Part shown: piece by piece, positions 7,259 through 16,206 of the stretch
Layout of the letters: each line of letters starts with the position of its first letter
Position numbering within the stretch: the first letter of the stretch is position 1
Source of the DNA: Candidatus Asgardarchaeum abyssi
Lineage (GTDB): Archaea > Asgardarchaeota > Asgardarchaeia > Asgardarchaeales > Asgardarchaeaceae
Length of the DNA: 16,981 nt
Direction: 5' to 3'
Assembly: GCA_040225955.1 (NCBI GenBank)
Contig: JBECUL010000047.1
Coordinates: 1-16,981 of the forward strand
The notes under the pieces: generated by a model
The model's database searches: none
What the model was told of the DNA's origin: nothing
Seen by the model: only the letters and a program-made list of their open reading frames with translations
Program-made: the position numbers and the translations under genes

Positions 7259-8626
7259 ATGTTACAATCATTCTTTGAACCGAAAAGTATTGCCATTATA
7301 GGAGCCTCAAAAAAACCAGGTAAGATTGGATATGAGATACTTAAAAACATAATCGAAGGAGGATATGTAGGGAAAATATTTCCAGTGAATCCAAAGGAGA
7401 ATGAAATACTTTCACTTAGGTGTTATCATAACATTAAGGAAATAAAAGATCATGTCGATTTAGCTATAATAGCAATTCCAGCAACTGCTATTCCATCTGT
7501 ATTAGAAGATTGTGGAGTTAAAGGAATCAAAAACGTGATAATAATTTCAGCTGGATTTAGTGAAGTGGGAAATATTGAACTTGAAAATAGAGTTAAAAAA
7601 ATTGCGCAGAGACATGGAATAAGAATAGTAGGGCCGAATTGTGCAGGGATTATAAACACTTGGTATAATCTCTTTGCTTCTTTTGAAGTTAGATGTAAAC
7701 GTGGAGGCATTTCCTTGATTTCTCAAAGTGGGGCTTTTGGTGGAGCTTTTATTACTCGTGCAAACTACGAAAACGTTGGGATTTCAAAGTTTGTAAGTTA
7801 TGGCAATGCAATCGATATAAATGAAAGTCATCTAATAAGATATATGGCTGATGATAAAACTACAAAAGTGATAGGGATTTATTTAGAGTCGACAAAAGAT
7901 GGTAGAGAGTTCATTTCGGCTGCTAAATTAGCTTCTAAGAAAAAACCAGTAGTTGTTCTAAAAGCTGGTAGAACGATGTCAGGAAAGAGAGCTACAGTAT
8001 CACATACAGGGTCTTTAGCAGGAGATGATAAAATATATGATGCTGCATTTAGGCAAGCAGGGGTCATCAGAGTTTTTGATTTTGATGATTTTATTGATAC
8101 ACTATATATTCTAGAAACTGGTATGCTACCAAGTAATGATAACATTTTTATAGTTACAAATAGTGGTGGACCTGGCGTTTTAGCCGTCGATGAATGTGAA
8201 TATATAGGGTTAAAGGTACCAGAAAGTAGCTATGAGTTAAAGGAAAAACTATCATTTTTACCACCTATATGTAGTATTAAAAATCCAATAGATTTGGTAG
8301 CAGATGCTAACTATAGCCGTTATTACGATACATTAAAGGTTTTAGCAGAAAGTAATGAGGTGGGCGGAGTTATAGTAATATGTGTTCCCCCAATTTTTAT
8401 AGATCCTATGGATATTGCTAAGGCTATAGTTGATGTAAAAGCAATATTTGATGAAAAAAAGAAACCCATGATAGCATGCTTTATGAGTGGAGATGTTGTG
8501 GCAGAGAGTATAAAATTTTTGAAAGAAAACAAAATACCTGTTTTTCAAACTCCAGAAAGAGCTGCCCGTGCAATGCAAAAGTTAGTTTTAAGAAAAAAGA
8601 TCATAGAACGATTACAATCATCATAG
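7259..8626 (+). CDS. acdA: Acetate/acyl-CoA ligase (ADP-forming), alpha subunit
   Basis: CoA-binding N-terminus (FEPKSIAIIGAS...GKIGY, PVNP), IVGPNCAG, SQSGA, phospho-His motif SHTGSLAG, TNSGGPGV, NPIDL and TPERA. No ATP-grasp domain is fused. Confidence 0.93.
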   Translation: MLQSFFEPKSIAIIGASKKPGKIGYEILKNIIEGGYVGKIFPVNPKENEILSLRCYHNIKEIKDHVDLAIIAIPATAIPSVLEDCGVKGIKNVIIISAGFSEVGNIELENRVKKIAQRHGIRIVGPNCAGIINTWYNLFASFEVRCKRGGISLISQSGAFGGAFITRANYENVGISKFVSYGNAIDINESHLIRYMADDKTTKVIGIYLESTKDGREFISAAKLASKKKPVVVLKAGRTMSGKRATVSHTGSLAGDDKIYDAAFRQAGVIRVFDFDDFIDTLYILETGMLPSNDNIFIVTNSGGPGVLAVDECEYIGLKVPESSYELKEKLSFLPPICSIKNPIDLVADANYSRYYDTLKVLAESNEVGGVIVICVPPIFIDPMDIAKAIVDVKAIFDEKKKPMIACFMSGDVVAESIKFLKENKIPVFQTPERAARAMQKLVLRKKIIERLQSS

Positions 8627-8637
8627 AGATCTTAAAA

Positions 8638-8943
8638 TTAGCCCCCACCAACTGGAGGAAAGATTGCTATATTTGTATCTTTCTCTATTTTTGTATCCAA
8701 TCCATTTAAAAAACGTATATTCTTTCCGTCAATAAATATCGCGAATGAGTCTCTCAGTTGATTTGTTTTCCTATCTATCACTAAATCTAAAATTTTAGGA
8801 TTTGTCTCATTAATAAATCTGATTAGTGCTTCTCTTAGGCTTGTTCCTTTTTCAACATATAATTCATACTTATTTGATTCAACAAGTTCTCTGATAGATG
8901 CAAAGAGGCGAAATGTAACCTTAATTTTATTTTTCATAGCCAT
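8638..8943 (-). CDS. moaD: MoaD/SAMP family ubiquitin-like sulfur carrier
   Basis: Beta-grasp pattern IKVTFRLFASIRE, IDGKNI..L.GLDT and C-terminal IAIFPPVGGG. Divergent from moaA. The start may be 8937. Confidence 0.9.
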   Translation of the reverse strand: MAMKNKIKVTFRLFASIRELVESNKYELYVEKGTSLREALIRFINETNPKILDLVIDRKTNQLRDSFAIFIDGKNIRFLNGLDTKIEKDTNIAIFPPVGGG

Positions 8944-9090
8944 GAGTATAACACCATTATTTTTCTTTCAAATAACTTTTAATTAATATTTTTAATTTTA
9001 AAAAGAATCGCATGGAATAGTATTTAAAGTTGAAAAAAATAAAAAGCAAATCAATAGAAAATATACTTAATATAATCAGACGTGGTATAT

Positions 9091-10086
9091 ATGGTTCTAT
9101 ATGACAGATTTGGTAGAGCAATCTTAAATTTAAGAATTGCAATCACTGATAGATGTAACCTTAACTGCATCTATTGTCATCATGAGGGAGAGTATATTAC
9201 ATCACAATGTAGTAAGGAGAACAGTAATGTCGAATTGACTGTAGACGAAATTGAGAGAGTTATCAGAATTGCAGCAGAGCTTGGAATTAAAAAGGTAAAA
9301 ATCACTGGAGGAGAACCACTAATAAGAAAGGATGTCGTTGATATCGTTGACAGAATAAGCAGCATACCAGGAATAATAGAAGTTTCAATGGTAACAAATG
9401 GATTGTTGTTAGAAAGATATGCACTGAAATTGAAAAAAGCAGGACTTAAAAGAATAAATGTAAGCCTTCCAAGTCCTATACCTGAAAAATATAAAGAAAT
9501 CACCGGATATCCGTTATTAGACGGCCCAGAAAGAGTTATTCGTGGCATTAAAGAAGCTATAAAAAGTAAGTTGTATCCTGTCAAAATAAACATGGTTATT
9601 TTAAAAGGAATTAATGACGTGGATATAGAAGCTGAAATGAAAATAGCTAAGGAACTAGGTGCAATATTGCAATTGATTGAGTTACAAGATCCTTCTGCAA
9701 AAAGCGATTTTTTTCAAAAATACCATCATCCACTTATTGATGTGGAATCAGAACTTTCCAAACGAGCTAAAAAAATAATTATTAGAGAACTACACCATAG
9801 GAAAAAGTTCTTTTTAGAAAATGGTCTTGAGGTAGAGGTTGTTAGACCAATGCATAACTCGGAATTTTGCAAGTATTGTACTCGACTTAGAATAACGAGT
9901 AAAGGCGAGTTCAAACCTTGTCTTTTAAGAAACGATAATCACGTTCCGTTTTTAGATGCTTTAAGGAAGAATGTAAGTGATGACACTTTAAAGAAATTAA
10001 TGATAGACGCTATTATGAGAAGAGAGCCGTACTTTAAAGATAACAGTCTGGTGATTAAAAATGAGTATAAAGATGGTGGATATTAG
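9091..10086 (+). CDS. moaA: GTP 3',8-cyclase (radical SAM)
   Basis: LYDRFGR...LRIAITDRCNLNCIYC, KITGGEPL, TNG, and second Fe-S motif FCKYCTRLRIT..G.FKPCL. ATG 9091 preferred over GTG 9082. Confidence 0.96.
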   Translation: MVLYDRFGRAILNLRIAITDRCNLNCIYCHHEGEYITSQCSKENSNVELTVDEIERVIRIAAELGIKKVKITGGEPLIRKDVVDIVDRISSIPGIIEVSMVTNGLLLERYALKLKKAGLKRINVSLPSPIPEKYKEITGYPLLDGPERVIRGIKEAIKSKLYPVKINMVILKGINDVDIEAEMKIAKELGAILQLIELQDPSAKSDFFQKYHHPLIDVESELSKRAKKIIIRELHHRKKFFLENGLEVEVVRPMHNSEFCKYCTRLRITSKGEFKPCLLRNDNHVPFLDALRKNVSDDTLKKLMIDAIMRREPYFKDNSLVIKNEYKDGGY

Positions 10087-10504
10087 TGAAAAAAGAGATA
10101 TTATAAGAGTTGCAAAAGCTAGTGGAAAAATAAAGCTGAAGAAAGAAACAATTAATCTAATTAAAGAGATGAAAATTGAGAAGGGGGATGTCATATCTGT
10201 TGCAAAAACGATGGCTATTCTTGCTGTTAAGAAAACACCAGAGCTCATACCGCTCTGTCATCCTATTCCAATTACAAATGTAAGGGTTGATACCAACTTT
10301 CTAAATGATTCTATAGAAGTGACGGTAACTGTTAAATCCATTGCGAAAACTGGTGTAGAGATGGAAGCTCTATCGGGAGTTGTTGCCGCGCTATTGAACA
10401 TATGGGATATGGTAAAAGCTTACGAAAAAGATGAAGCAGGTCAATATCCAACGACACTGATTTATGACATTCGTGTTATTAAGAAAGAAAAAATTGATAC
10501 ATGA
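10061..10504 (+). CDS. moaC: Cyclic pyranopterin monophosphate synthase
   Basis: MVDISEK, KGDV, AVKKTPELIPLCHPI, TGVEMEAL and WDMVK. GGTGA SD at 10050-10054. Confidence 0.97.
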   Translation: MSIKMVDISEKRDIIRVAKASGKIKLKKETINLIKEMKIEKGDVISVAKTMAILAVKKTPELIPLCHPIPITNVRVDTNFLNDSIEVTVTVKSIAKTGVEMEALSGVVAALLNIWDMVKAYEKDEAGQYPTTLIYDIRVIKKEKIDT

Positions 10505-10505
10505 G

Positions 10506-11015
10506 ATGATCTTGATGGAAAAAGTAAAAATTGTAAAGAGAAATGAGATCGACATACAAAGAGTTTTTAATGAAATAAGAAAGACGACACATGCTGTTGA
10601 ATGCGGCGCTATAGTTTCCTTTTTGGGAATAATTCGTGGTATAGGACATGATGGGGCAAAAGTAAAAAAAGTAATATACGAAGCCGACTTTGATTTCGCA
10701 CTTAAGAATTTAAAAGAAATTAGAAGAAGACTATTAGATAAATACCCAGATGTAAAAGATTTATACATATATCATGTTGTGGATGAAATGAATGTTGGCG
10801 ATAGCTCAATTCTTATAGTTGCTATTTCTGGGCATAGGCAACAAGCATTTAAAGCGGTCGAAGACGCGATTAATATCATCAAAAAAGAAACTCCGATCTG
10901 GAAGAAAGAGATTACTGAAAAAGGAGAATATTGGATTTCTGAAGAAGAAATAATCAAGATAAACAAAAAGGATTTTACAAGAATAGAAAAAAGAAAAGCA
11001 AATAAAATATTTTAG
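10506..11015 (+). CDS. moaE: Molybdopterin synthase catalytic subunit
   Basis: [20 protein letters not shown] and [10 protein letters not shown]...W. Start likely 10506 or 10515, just after the moaC stop. Confidence 0.93.
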   Translation: MILMEKVKIVKRNEIDIQRVFNEIRKTTHAVECGAIVSFLGIIRGIGHDGAKVKKVIYEADFDFALKNLKEIRRRLLDKYPDVKDLYIYHVVDEMNVGDSSILIVAISGHRQQAFKAVEDAINIIKKETPIWKKEITEKGEYWISEEEIIKINKKDFTRIEKRKANKIF

Positions 11016-12178
11016 AAGCAGCGTCTAACAGCTGCAGGTCCTTCTTCGTCGTAGTGCTTTCTTGTTACCCAGAGTCTCTGGAAGGTCTTAAGTGATGCTA
11101 GAATGCTGCCGCCGATCCAAACAGAGAATTGTCTTTCTGGAGGAGCAATTATTTTTATCTCGGTTCCTTCTGGAACTAATTCCCTCAGTTCCTTGTATAG
11201 TCTTTCCTTAAGCCCTGGAAACATTGTAGAGCCGCCACTTAGTACTATATTAGCATATAGATCCTTACGTAAGTCTATGTCACATTGGTTAACAACGTCA
11301 ACTATTACTTCATCGATTGGATCTTCTTCTAATCCTATTAAGCTTGGATTAAAGAAGACCTCTGGCGCTTGAAATCTTTCTGGACCTATTCTCAATATGC
11401 TACCATCAGGCATTGTATATGACTTCTCCATTTTTTCGCCCATCTTTGTATAAAGTTCTAATTCCTTCTCAGGATCAAGAGCAACATAACATAATGTCTC
11501 TTTGATGTCTCTTACTATTTCTCTTTCAGCCGATGTTGTCAATGCATAGCCTCTCTGTCTTAATAACTTTCTTAGATATTCAGTTATATCCCTACCGCCA
11601 AGGTCTATTCTTCTTATAGCATGAGTTATAGCGAAGCCTTCAAATATTGGAACTATGTGAGTAACACCATCTCCAGAGTCAACAACAAGGCCAGTGGTTC
11701 TACCAGAAGCATATAATGATAGTACAGCTTGCATTGAGACGTAAATTGCTGGCACACCAAAAGTTTCAAACATTATTTCAGCCATTTTCTCTCTGTTCTT
11801 TATTGGGTTTTGTGGAGGCTCTGTTAATAAGACAGGATACTGAGTTGGGTCCACCTTTAAATCGTTAAAGAATGTATAGTGCCATATTCTGGTCATGGCA
11901 TCCCAATCTTTGATTATACCGTGCTCGATTGGATATATTAGCTTAAGGACTCCCCTTATAGACATAGCTTCTTTACCAATATAATACTCACGCTGATAGT
12001 GATCAACATCACTCATTATTGCAGTGTATTTCGGAACACCAATAAGAGTCGGCCAAACAGATCTAGGATTGTCTTCTCCAGCAAATCCGTTTTTCGTAAA
12101 ACCAGTTCCATTATCTATAACTATTGCTTGACGAGCTAACCATTCTTCGGGAGGGGCTTCCATAAAATCATCCTCCAT
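11012..12178 (-). CDS. Eukaryote-like (Lokiactin-type) actin
   Basis: [137 protein letters not shown] and C-terminal RRCF. Its stop overlaps the moaE stop. Confidence 0.98.
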   Translation of the reverse strand: MEDDFMEAPPEEWLARQAIVIDNGTGFTKNGFAGEDNPRSVWPTLIGVPKYTAIMSDVDHYQREYYIGKEAMSIRGVLKLIYPIEHGIIKDWDAMTRIWHYTFFNDLKVDPTQYPVLLTEPPQNPIKNREKMAEIMFETFGVPAIYVSMQAVLSLYASGRTTGLVVDSGDGVTHIVPIFEGFAITHAIRRIDLGGRDITEYLRKLLRQRGYALTTSAEREIVRDIKETLCYVALDPEKELELYTKMGEKMEKSYTMPDGSILRIGPERFQAPEVFFNPSLIGLEEDPIDEVIVDVVNQCDIDLRKDLYANIVLSGGSTMFPGLKERLYKELRELVPEGTEIKIIAPPERQFSVWIGGSILASLKTFQRLWVTRKHYDEEGPAAVRRCF

Positions 12179-12184
12179 TATACG

Positions 12185-12200
12185 AAATTTATATAAATTT
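12185..12200. promoter_or_regulatory. Perfect 16-bp palindrome, candidate operator
   Basis: AAATTTATATAAATTT, 6 nt upstream of the actin ATG and downstream of a TTTAAATA TATA-like box on - (12227-12234). All A/T, so it may be chance. Confidence 0.3.
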
Positions 12201-12300
12201 GTACATAGAATAAATTAAAATAAGCATATTTAAATTCTTAGTGTATTACTTTTATCATTTGTATCACTTTTAAAACAGATAAAAATGACGGTGGGGTTAT

Positions 12301-12942
12301 TTGGTGAATTTAGAATTCATTGAGAGGGTGATTGGAGGCGTTGAAGCAAGAAGGTGGATTTTATTAAGATTACTTAAGGGAGGGGCTAGTGGCATTGATG
12401 TAAAAGAAGAAATGGAGAAAGAATTAGGATTCTTTAGTGACACGGTGGTATATTATAATCTTAATAAGTTAGTGGAGGAGGGGCTTGTTAGAGTTTCAAG
12501 AAGATGGAGAGAAAAAATATACGAACTCTCACCAAAATGGATTCCCTCAATAAGGCGATATTTTGGAATAAAGGCACCAATGGCTTATATAGGTGGTTTT
12601 GAAAGCGAAATTCCATTTAGTATGAGAGGAAGATTAAGAAGTTTTCTTGGCGAAGAAATAGCATGGTTCATTTTAATAGTCTCTGAGAGCATGAGAGGAC
12701 AAGTAAGACTTTATGGCGCGGAATGTGTTTATATAGATGATGGTATATGGGATGGTAGTGTAATAGATGTCATGCCCAGATTAAAAAGTGTGATAGAGGA
12801 AAAGCTTTATAATTTTGATTTAGTAGTCGATATAACTCATGGAAGTGAGCCAACAAAAATAGCTTTATTACAATTGGCGTATGAATACAATTTACCATGT
12901 TTTAGATATGAGAAGGGACGCTACGTTTGGTTAAAAAAGTAA
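12301..12942 (+). CDS. Winged-helix (ArsR/PadR-like) transcription regulator with C-terminal CARF-like Rossmann domain
   Basis: N-terminal R..IL.LL...S...VYYNLNKLVEEGLV......KIYELS matches a wHTH. C-terminal LVVDITHGSEPTKIALLQLA resembles the CARF D-h-T-G-G-x-K motif. Start is TTG 12301 or GTG 12304. Confidence 0.75.
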   Translation: MVNLEFIERVIGGVEARRWILLRLLKGGASGIDVKEEMEKELGFFSDTVVYYNLNKLVEEGLVRVSRRWREKIYELSPKWIPSIRRYFGIKAPMAYIGGFESEIPFSMRGRLRSFLGEEIAWFILIVSESMRGQVRLYGAECVYIDDGIWDGSVIDVMPRLKSVIEEKLYNFDLVVDITHGSEPTKIALLQLAYEYNLPCFRYEKGRYVWLKK

Positions 12943-13061
12943 AACTTATACTTAGGAAAAGCTTATAGCGTAGCCATTAAAATATATTAAATATAGTAGG
13001 CAAATAGCACTTTAGATACTTGTGATTAGTGAAAGTTGCATAGTTATATTAAGAGGATGAT

Positions 13062-13622
13062 ATGGTGTTTATTGATTCAGCAAAAGATATTCAAGACAGA
13101 CCTAAGTATGCATTTAAAATAGTAACTATTGGAAACCCAGCTGTTGGAAAGACCTCACTGGTTCTTAGGTATACTAGAAACACATTTAGTGAACAATATA
13201 TAGTCTCTTTAGGAGTTAATTTTCTGAGTAAAATTATACATATAAATAATGAGACTATACAACTACAGATATGGGATACAGGTGGTCAGGAACGTTTTAA
13301 AGTTTTAAGATTAACATATTATAGAGGAGCTGATGGCGGAATATTAGTTTATGACGTAACAAATGAAGAATCTTTTGATAAGGTTGATGAATATTACTAT
13401 GAATTAAGGAAAATTTGCGGCAACATACCTCTAATTCTATTGGGAAATAAGATTGATCTTGAAAATAAAAGAATGATAAGTACTGAAAAAGGTAGGGCAA
13501 AAGCCAGAAAATTAGGGTTACTTTTCTTTGAAACCAGCGCTAAGGAAAACATAAATGTTACAAAAGCTTTTGAAGAACTAGCAAAATTGGTTTTTGAAAG
13601 GCAAGTTATGAAGAAAGAGTGA
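13062..13622 (+). CDS. Rab-like Ras-superfamily small GTPase
   Basis: G1 GNPAVGKTS, G3 WDTGGQE, G4 NKID and G5 ETSAK. RabF-like motifs LGVNF, QLQIW, YYRGA and LVYDVT. No C-terminal Cys. Confidence 0.95.
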   Translation: MVFIDSAKDIQDRPKYAFKIVTIGNPAVGKTSLVLRYTRNTFSEQYIVSLGVNFLSKIIHINNETIQLQIWDTGGQERFKVLRLTYYRGADGGILVYDVTNEESFDKVDEYYYELRKICGNIPLILLGNKIDLENKRMISTEKGRAKARKLGLLFFETSAKENINVTKAFEELAKLVFERQVMKKE

Positions 13623-13655
13623 GTGATATTTAGAGATTCTTAATAATTATGGATT

Positions 13656-14351
13656 TTATACGTATAATGGAATGAAACCTAGGCCGTTAAATAATGCCAC
13701 AACATTATATATATCAATTTTAGACGAGAAAGATACGTCTCTTAAGCAGTTACTCCTTACTAGAGATTTTCCATGGGGAGATTCCCTAAGAAAGGTATAA
13801 ACATCTATTTTAGGATATTCTAATTTTTTAAGACTACATAGAAAGTACAAGCTACACAAGTGATCTGGGTAAGAAATTTTTGATTCATCTCCAGCTTCAA
13901 CTATGAGTATTTCTAACCCATAGTCATTAGCTATTCTTGAAATATACTTACTGGTAGAACTTATGTTAAGAAATGACAGAGCTATCAAATAAGGAGCTCT
14001 ATTAAAAAGTTTCACTAATGGCGTTCCATTTGTCGTCTTTAAGATAATAGGTTTCCTATAATGCTTAATACTAAATTCATAAGGGGAATTTCCAACGTCA
14101 AAACCCTCTATTTTTATATTATTTATCTCACCTGCAAGTATAACAGCGGATTCCTTATTAGAAGAAATTTGTGACCTGATAGTATAAGCTTCTTCTACGG
14201 ATTCAACTGGTATCACAATAGAACTACCATTTGCAAGTGCAGAAACTATAGTCGAGGTTGCTCTAAGCACATCCACTATTGCTACTATTTTATTTTTCTG
14301 AGATATGTGTGACAGTTCATTACGTGGAACAGCAAGTATAGTGACATCCAT
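13656..14351 (-). CDS. comB: 2-phosphosulfolactate phosphatase (ComB family)
   Basis: VAIVDVLRATSTI, LAGE.....IEGFDVGNSP and TTNGT. Start revised to ATG 14351, which has a GGGTG SD-like motif and removes the overlap with the divergent gene. Confidence 0.88.
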   Translation of the reverse strand: MDVTILAVPRNELSHISQKNKIVAIVDVLRATSTIVSALANGSSIVIPVESVEEAYTIRSQISSNKESAVILAGEINNIKIEGFDVGNSPYEFSIKHYRKPIILKTTNGTPLVKLFNRAPYLIALSFLNISSTSKYISRIANDYGLEILIVEAGDESKISYPDHLCSLYFLCSLKKLEYPKIDVYTFLRESPHGKSLVRSNCLRDVSFSSKIDIYNVVALFNGLGFIPLYV

Positions 14352-14434
14352 AGTTGCACCCACATAATAGGAATTTATTTTCTTATTAAACTTTATTATG
14401 AAGATAATGTATAAGAAATTTAGAGGGACTAAAA

Positions 14435-15058
14435 ATGGTAATAATTTTAAAAGTACCACTGAGTGATAACGATCTTAAAAATGTGAAAAAAGTTTTTGAT
14501 GATGGCGGAGTAATAGTATATCCTACAGATACTGTTTATGGCGTTGGCGGAAATCCATACAACATACATGCTGTGAAAAAAGTTTTCGATATAAAGAAGA
14601 GACCTTATGATAAGGGATTACCTATATTATCTAATTCTTTAGAGATTCTTGAGAAAATAGTAGAATTTAACGATAAAGCAAGAACTTTAATTAAGAACTT
14701 TTGGCCTGGTGCACTAACAATAGTAGCTCCTCTTAAAGACAAAAGATTAAGATTTGTTTCAGGGGGAGAAGATAAGATTGCTGTCAGAATTCCAAATGAT
14801 GAAATAACATTAAAGTTAATTGAAGCGATTGGTGGGTTAATTATAGGCACTAGCGCTAATATATCTGGAAAAAATCCATGCATTGATTCAGAATGTGTTA
14901 TGAAACAAATAGGAAAAAAGGTCGACATATTGATAGATGCGGGGATACATGGTATAGGAAAACCATCAACAGTTATAGAAGTAGAAGACGACGAGATAAA
15001 GATCTTGAGAACTGGTACAGTTGATGTAAAAGCAATAATGTCTGTTCTGGAGGAATGA
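14435..15058 (+). CDS. Threonylcarbamoyl-AMP synthase, single-domain YrdC/TsaC form
   Basis: YPTDTVYG, K.RP..K.L, FWPGALT, AVRIP, GTSANISG, PSTV and ILR.G. At 207 aa it lacks the C-terminal SUA5 domain. Confidence 0.95.
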   Translation: MVIILKVPLSDNDLKNVKKVFDDGGVIVYPTDTVYGVGGNPYNIHAVKKVFDIKKRPYDKGLPILSNSLEILEKIVEFNDKARTLIKNFWPGALTIVAPLKDKRLRFVSGGEDKIAVRIPNDEITLKLIEAIGGLIIGTSANISGKNPCIDSECVMKQIGKKVDILIDAGIHGIGKPSTVIEVEDDEIKILRTGTVDVKAIMSVLEE

Positions 15059-15582
15059 TAATGATCGACTTTAATCTAGTTATTTCTTGTGGAAGAAACT
15101 TAGAAAGAAGAGCGCGAGATGAAATTTTACGATTCCTTAAGAAACTTGGAGATGATAAGGCTGCAGCTATAGAGTTTGGATATACAGGACTTATTGGAGT
15201 CAAAACAAAATTGGACCCATTCAAAGTAGTTAAAGAGATCGATAACACTGTAAATGAGGATCCGTGGGCTTTTAGATTTATTTTAAAGGTTGTACCAGTA
15301 GAAAAAGTGGTACCTACGGAGATTAATAAAATAAAAGAAGCAGTAAAAGATCTCTTAGATAAAATAAAACCAGATGAAACATTTAAAGTCCAAGTAAGGA
15401 AAAGAGGATCAAGTATATCGAGTAGAGAGTTAATAAAAGAAGTTGCAGAATTAGTTGACAACCCAGTTAATTTAGATAAGCCAGATAAAATAATTCAAAT
15501 TGAAATAATTGATGAACATACGGGTGTAGCAATCATACGTCCTAAAGATATTGTTTCTGTTGCTAGCAAAAAAGGGTTATGA
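15055..15582 (+). CDS. Stand-alone THUMP-domain RNA-binding protein
   Basis: KVVPVE, ETFKVQVRKRG and VNLDKPDKIIQIEII. ATGA overlap with the upstream gene. Confidence 0.9.
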   Translation: MIMIDFNLVISCGRNLERRARDEILRFLKKLGDDKAAAIEFGYTGLIGVKTKLDPFKVVKEIDNTVNEDPWAFRFILKVVPVEKVVPTEINKIKEAVKDLLDKIKPDETFKVQVRKRGSSISSRELIKEVAELVDNPVNLDKPDKIIQIEIIDEHTGVAIIRPKDIVSVASKKGL

Positions 15583-15600
15583 TTTCTCATGAATTTTGTG

Positions 15601-16206
15601 CTATATTTCTAAAGATAAAAGCGCGATTTTCTCTATTATGCAATTTTTAATTGCTGATTTCTCATCTTTAGTTATTTTTGATGCTAATTTTAACTCTTGG
15701 TCGGATATCTGATAAAGTGATGTTAATTCCATTATTTTCTCAGAATTTAGAGCCAAAACTCTATCATCTTCGATACCATTGAAGATAGAAACTATCTCTT
15801 TCTTAGCATCTAATGTCTTTGCTAAACCATCTGGCTGGTTTGATGATATAATTACACATGCTACATTTCTTGTTTTTTCAGTTATGCCTAAGCGTGAAAT
15901 AGCTACTTTTATCTGTCTCGTTGCTGCTGCATATAGAAGAATTTCAATATTAAGTTTTTTAGAAATATTATACCCCTTTTTAAATGCATAAAGAGCATGA
16001 TATGCAGAGAAATAGAGATGCTCCCAATCAGCTATTTTTTTGGCATCAAATACTTGAATGTAAACATTTAACTTATTCATGAGAGACTCAATTTTCTTAA
16101 TATAAATCATAGGATCATCCATGGATTTCACTCTAAAACCAAATACAGCGAATATATTATTTAATCCAGATTTAGTTAACCATTTAACAATCAAGTATAT
16201 CACCAA
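15601..16206 (-). CDS. cgi121: KEOPS complex subunit Cgi121
   Basis: QVFDA..IA..EHL..SA.HA..AF..G.NISK.L.IEILLYAAATRQI..AI..LG and C-terminal IIEKIALL. Exact start uncertain. Confidence 0.9.
   Translation of the reverse strand: MVIYLIVKWLTKSGLNNIFAVFGFRVKSMDDPMIYIKKIESLMNKLNVYIQVFDAKKIADWEHLYFSAYHALYAFKKGYNISKKLNIEILLYAAATRQIKVAISRLGITEKTRNVACVIISSNQPDGLAKTLDAKKEIVSIFNGIEDDRVLALNSEKIMELTSLYQISDQELKLASKITKDEKSAIKNCIIEKIALLSLEI

Noticed and set aside
10072-10086. MoaA ending in DGGY, resembling the bacterial/eukaryotic C-terminal GG motif
   Set aside because: These codons are the out-of-frame reading of the overlapping moaC sequence ATG GTG GAT ATT (MVDI), and GG is not terminal. Likely coincidental.
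1668-15991. Short antisense/overlapping ORFs in the track (1668, 2840, 7450, 7879, 8323, 8342, 8476, 8957, 9180, 9726, 9997, 10391, 10772, 11103, 13297, 14605, 14973, 15779)
   Set aside because: They lie inside or opposite well-supported genes or AT-rich promoter DNA, have shadow-frame composition and show no motifs.
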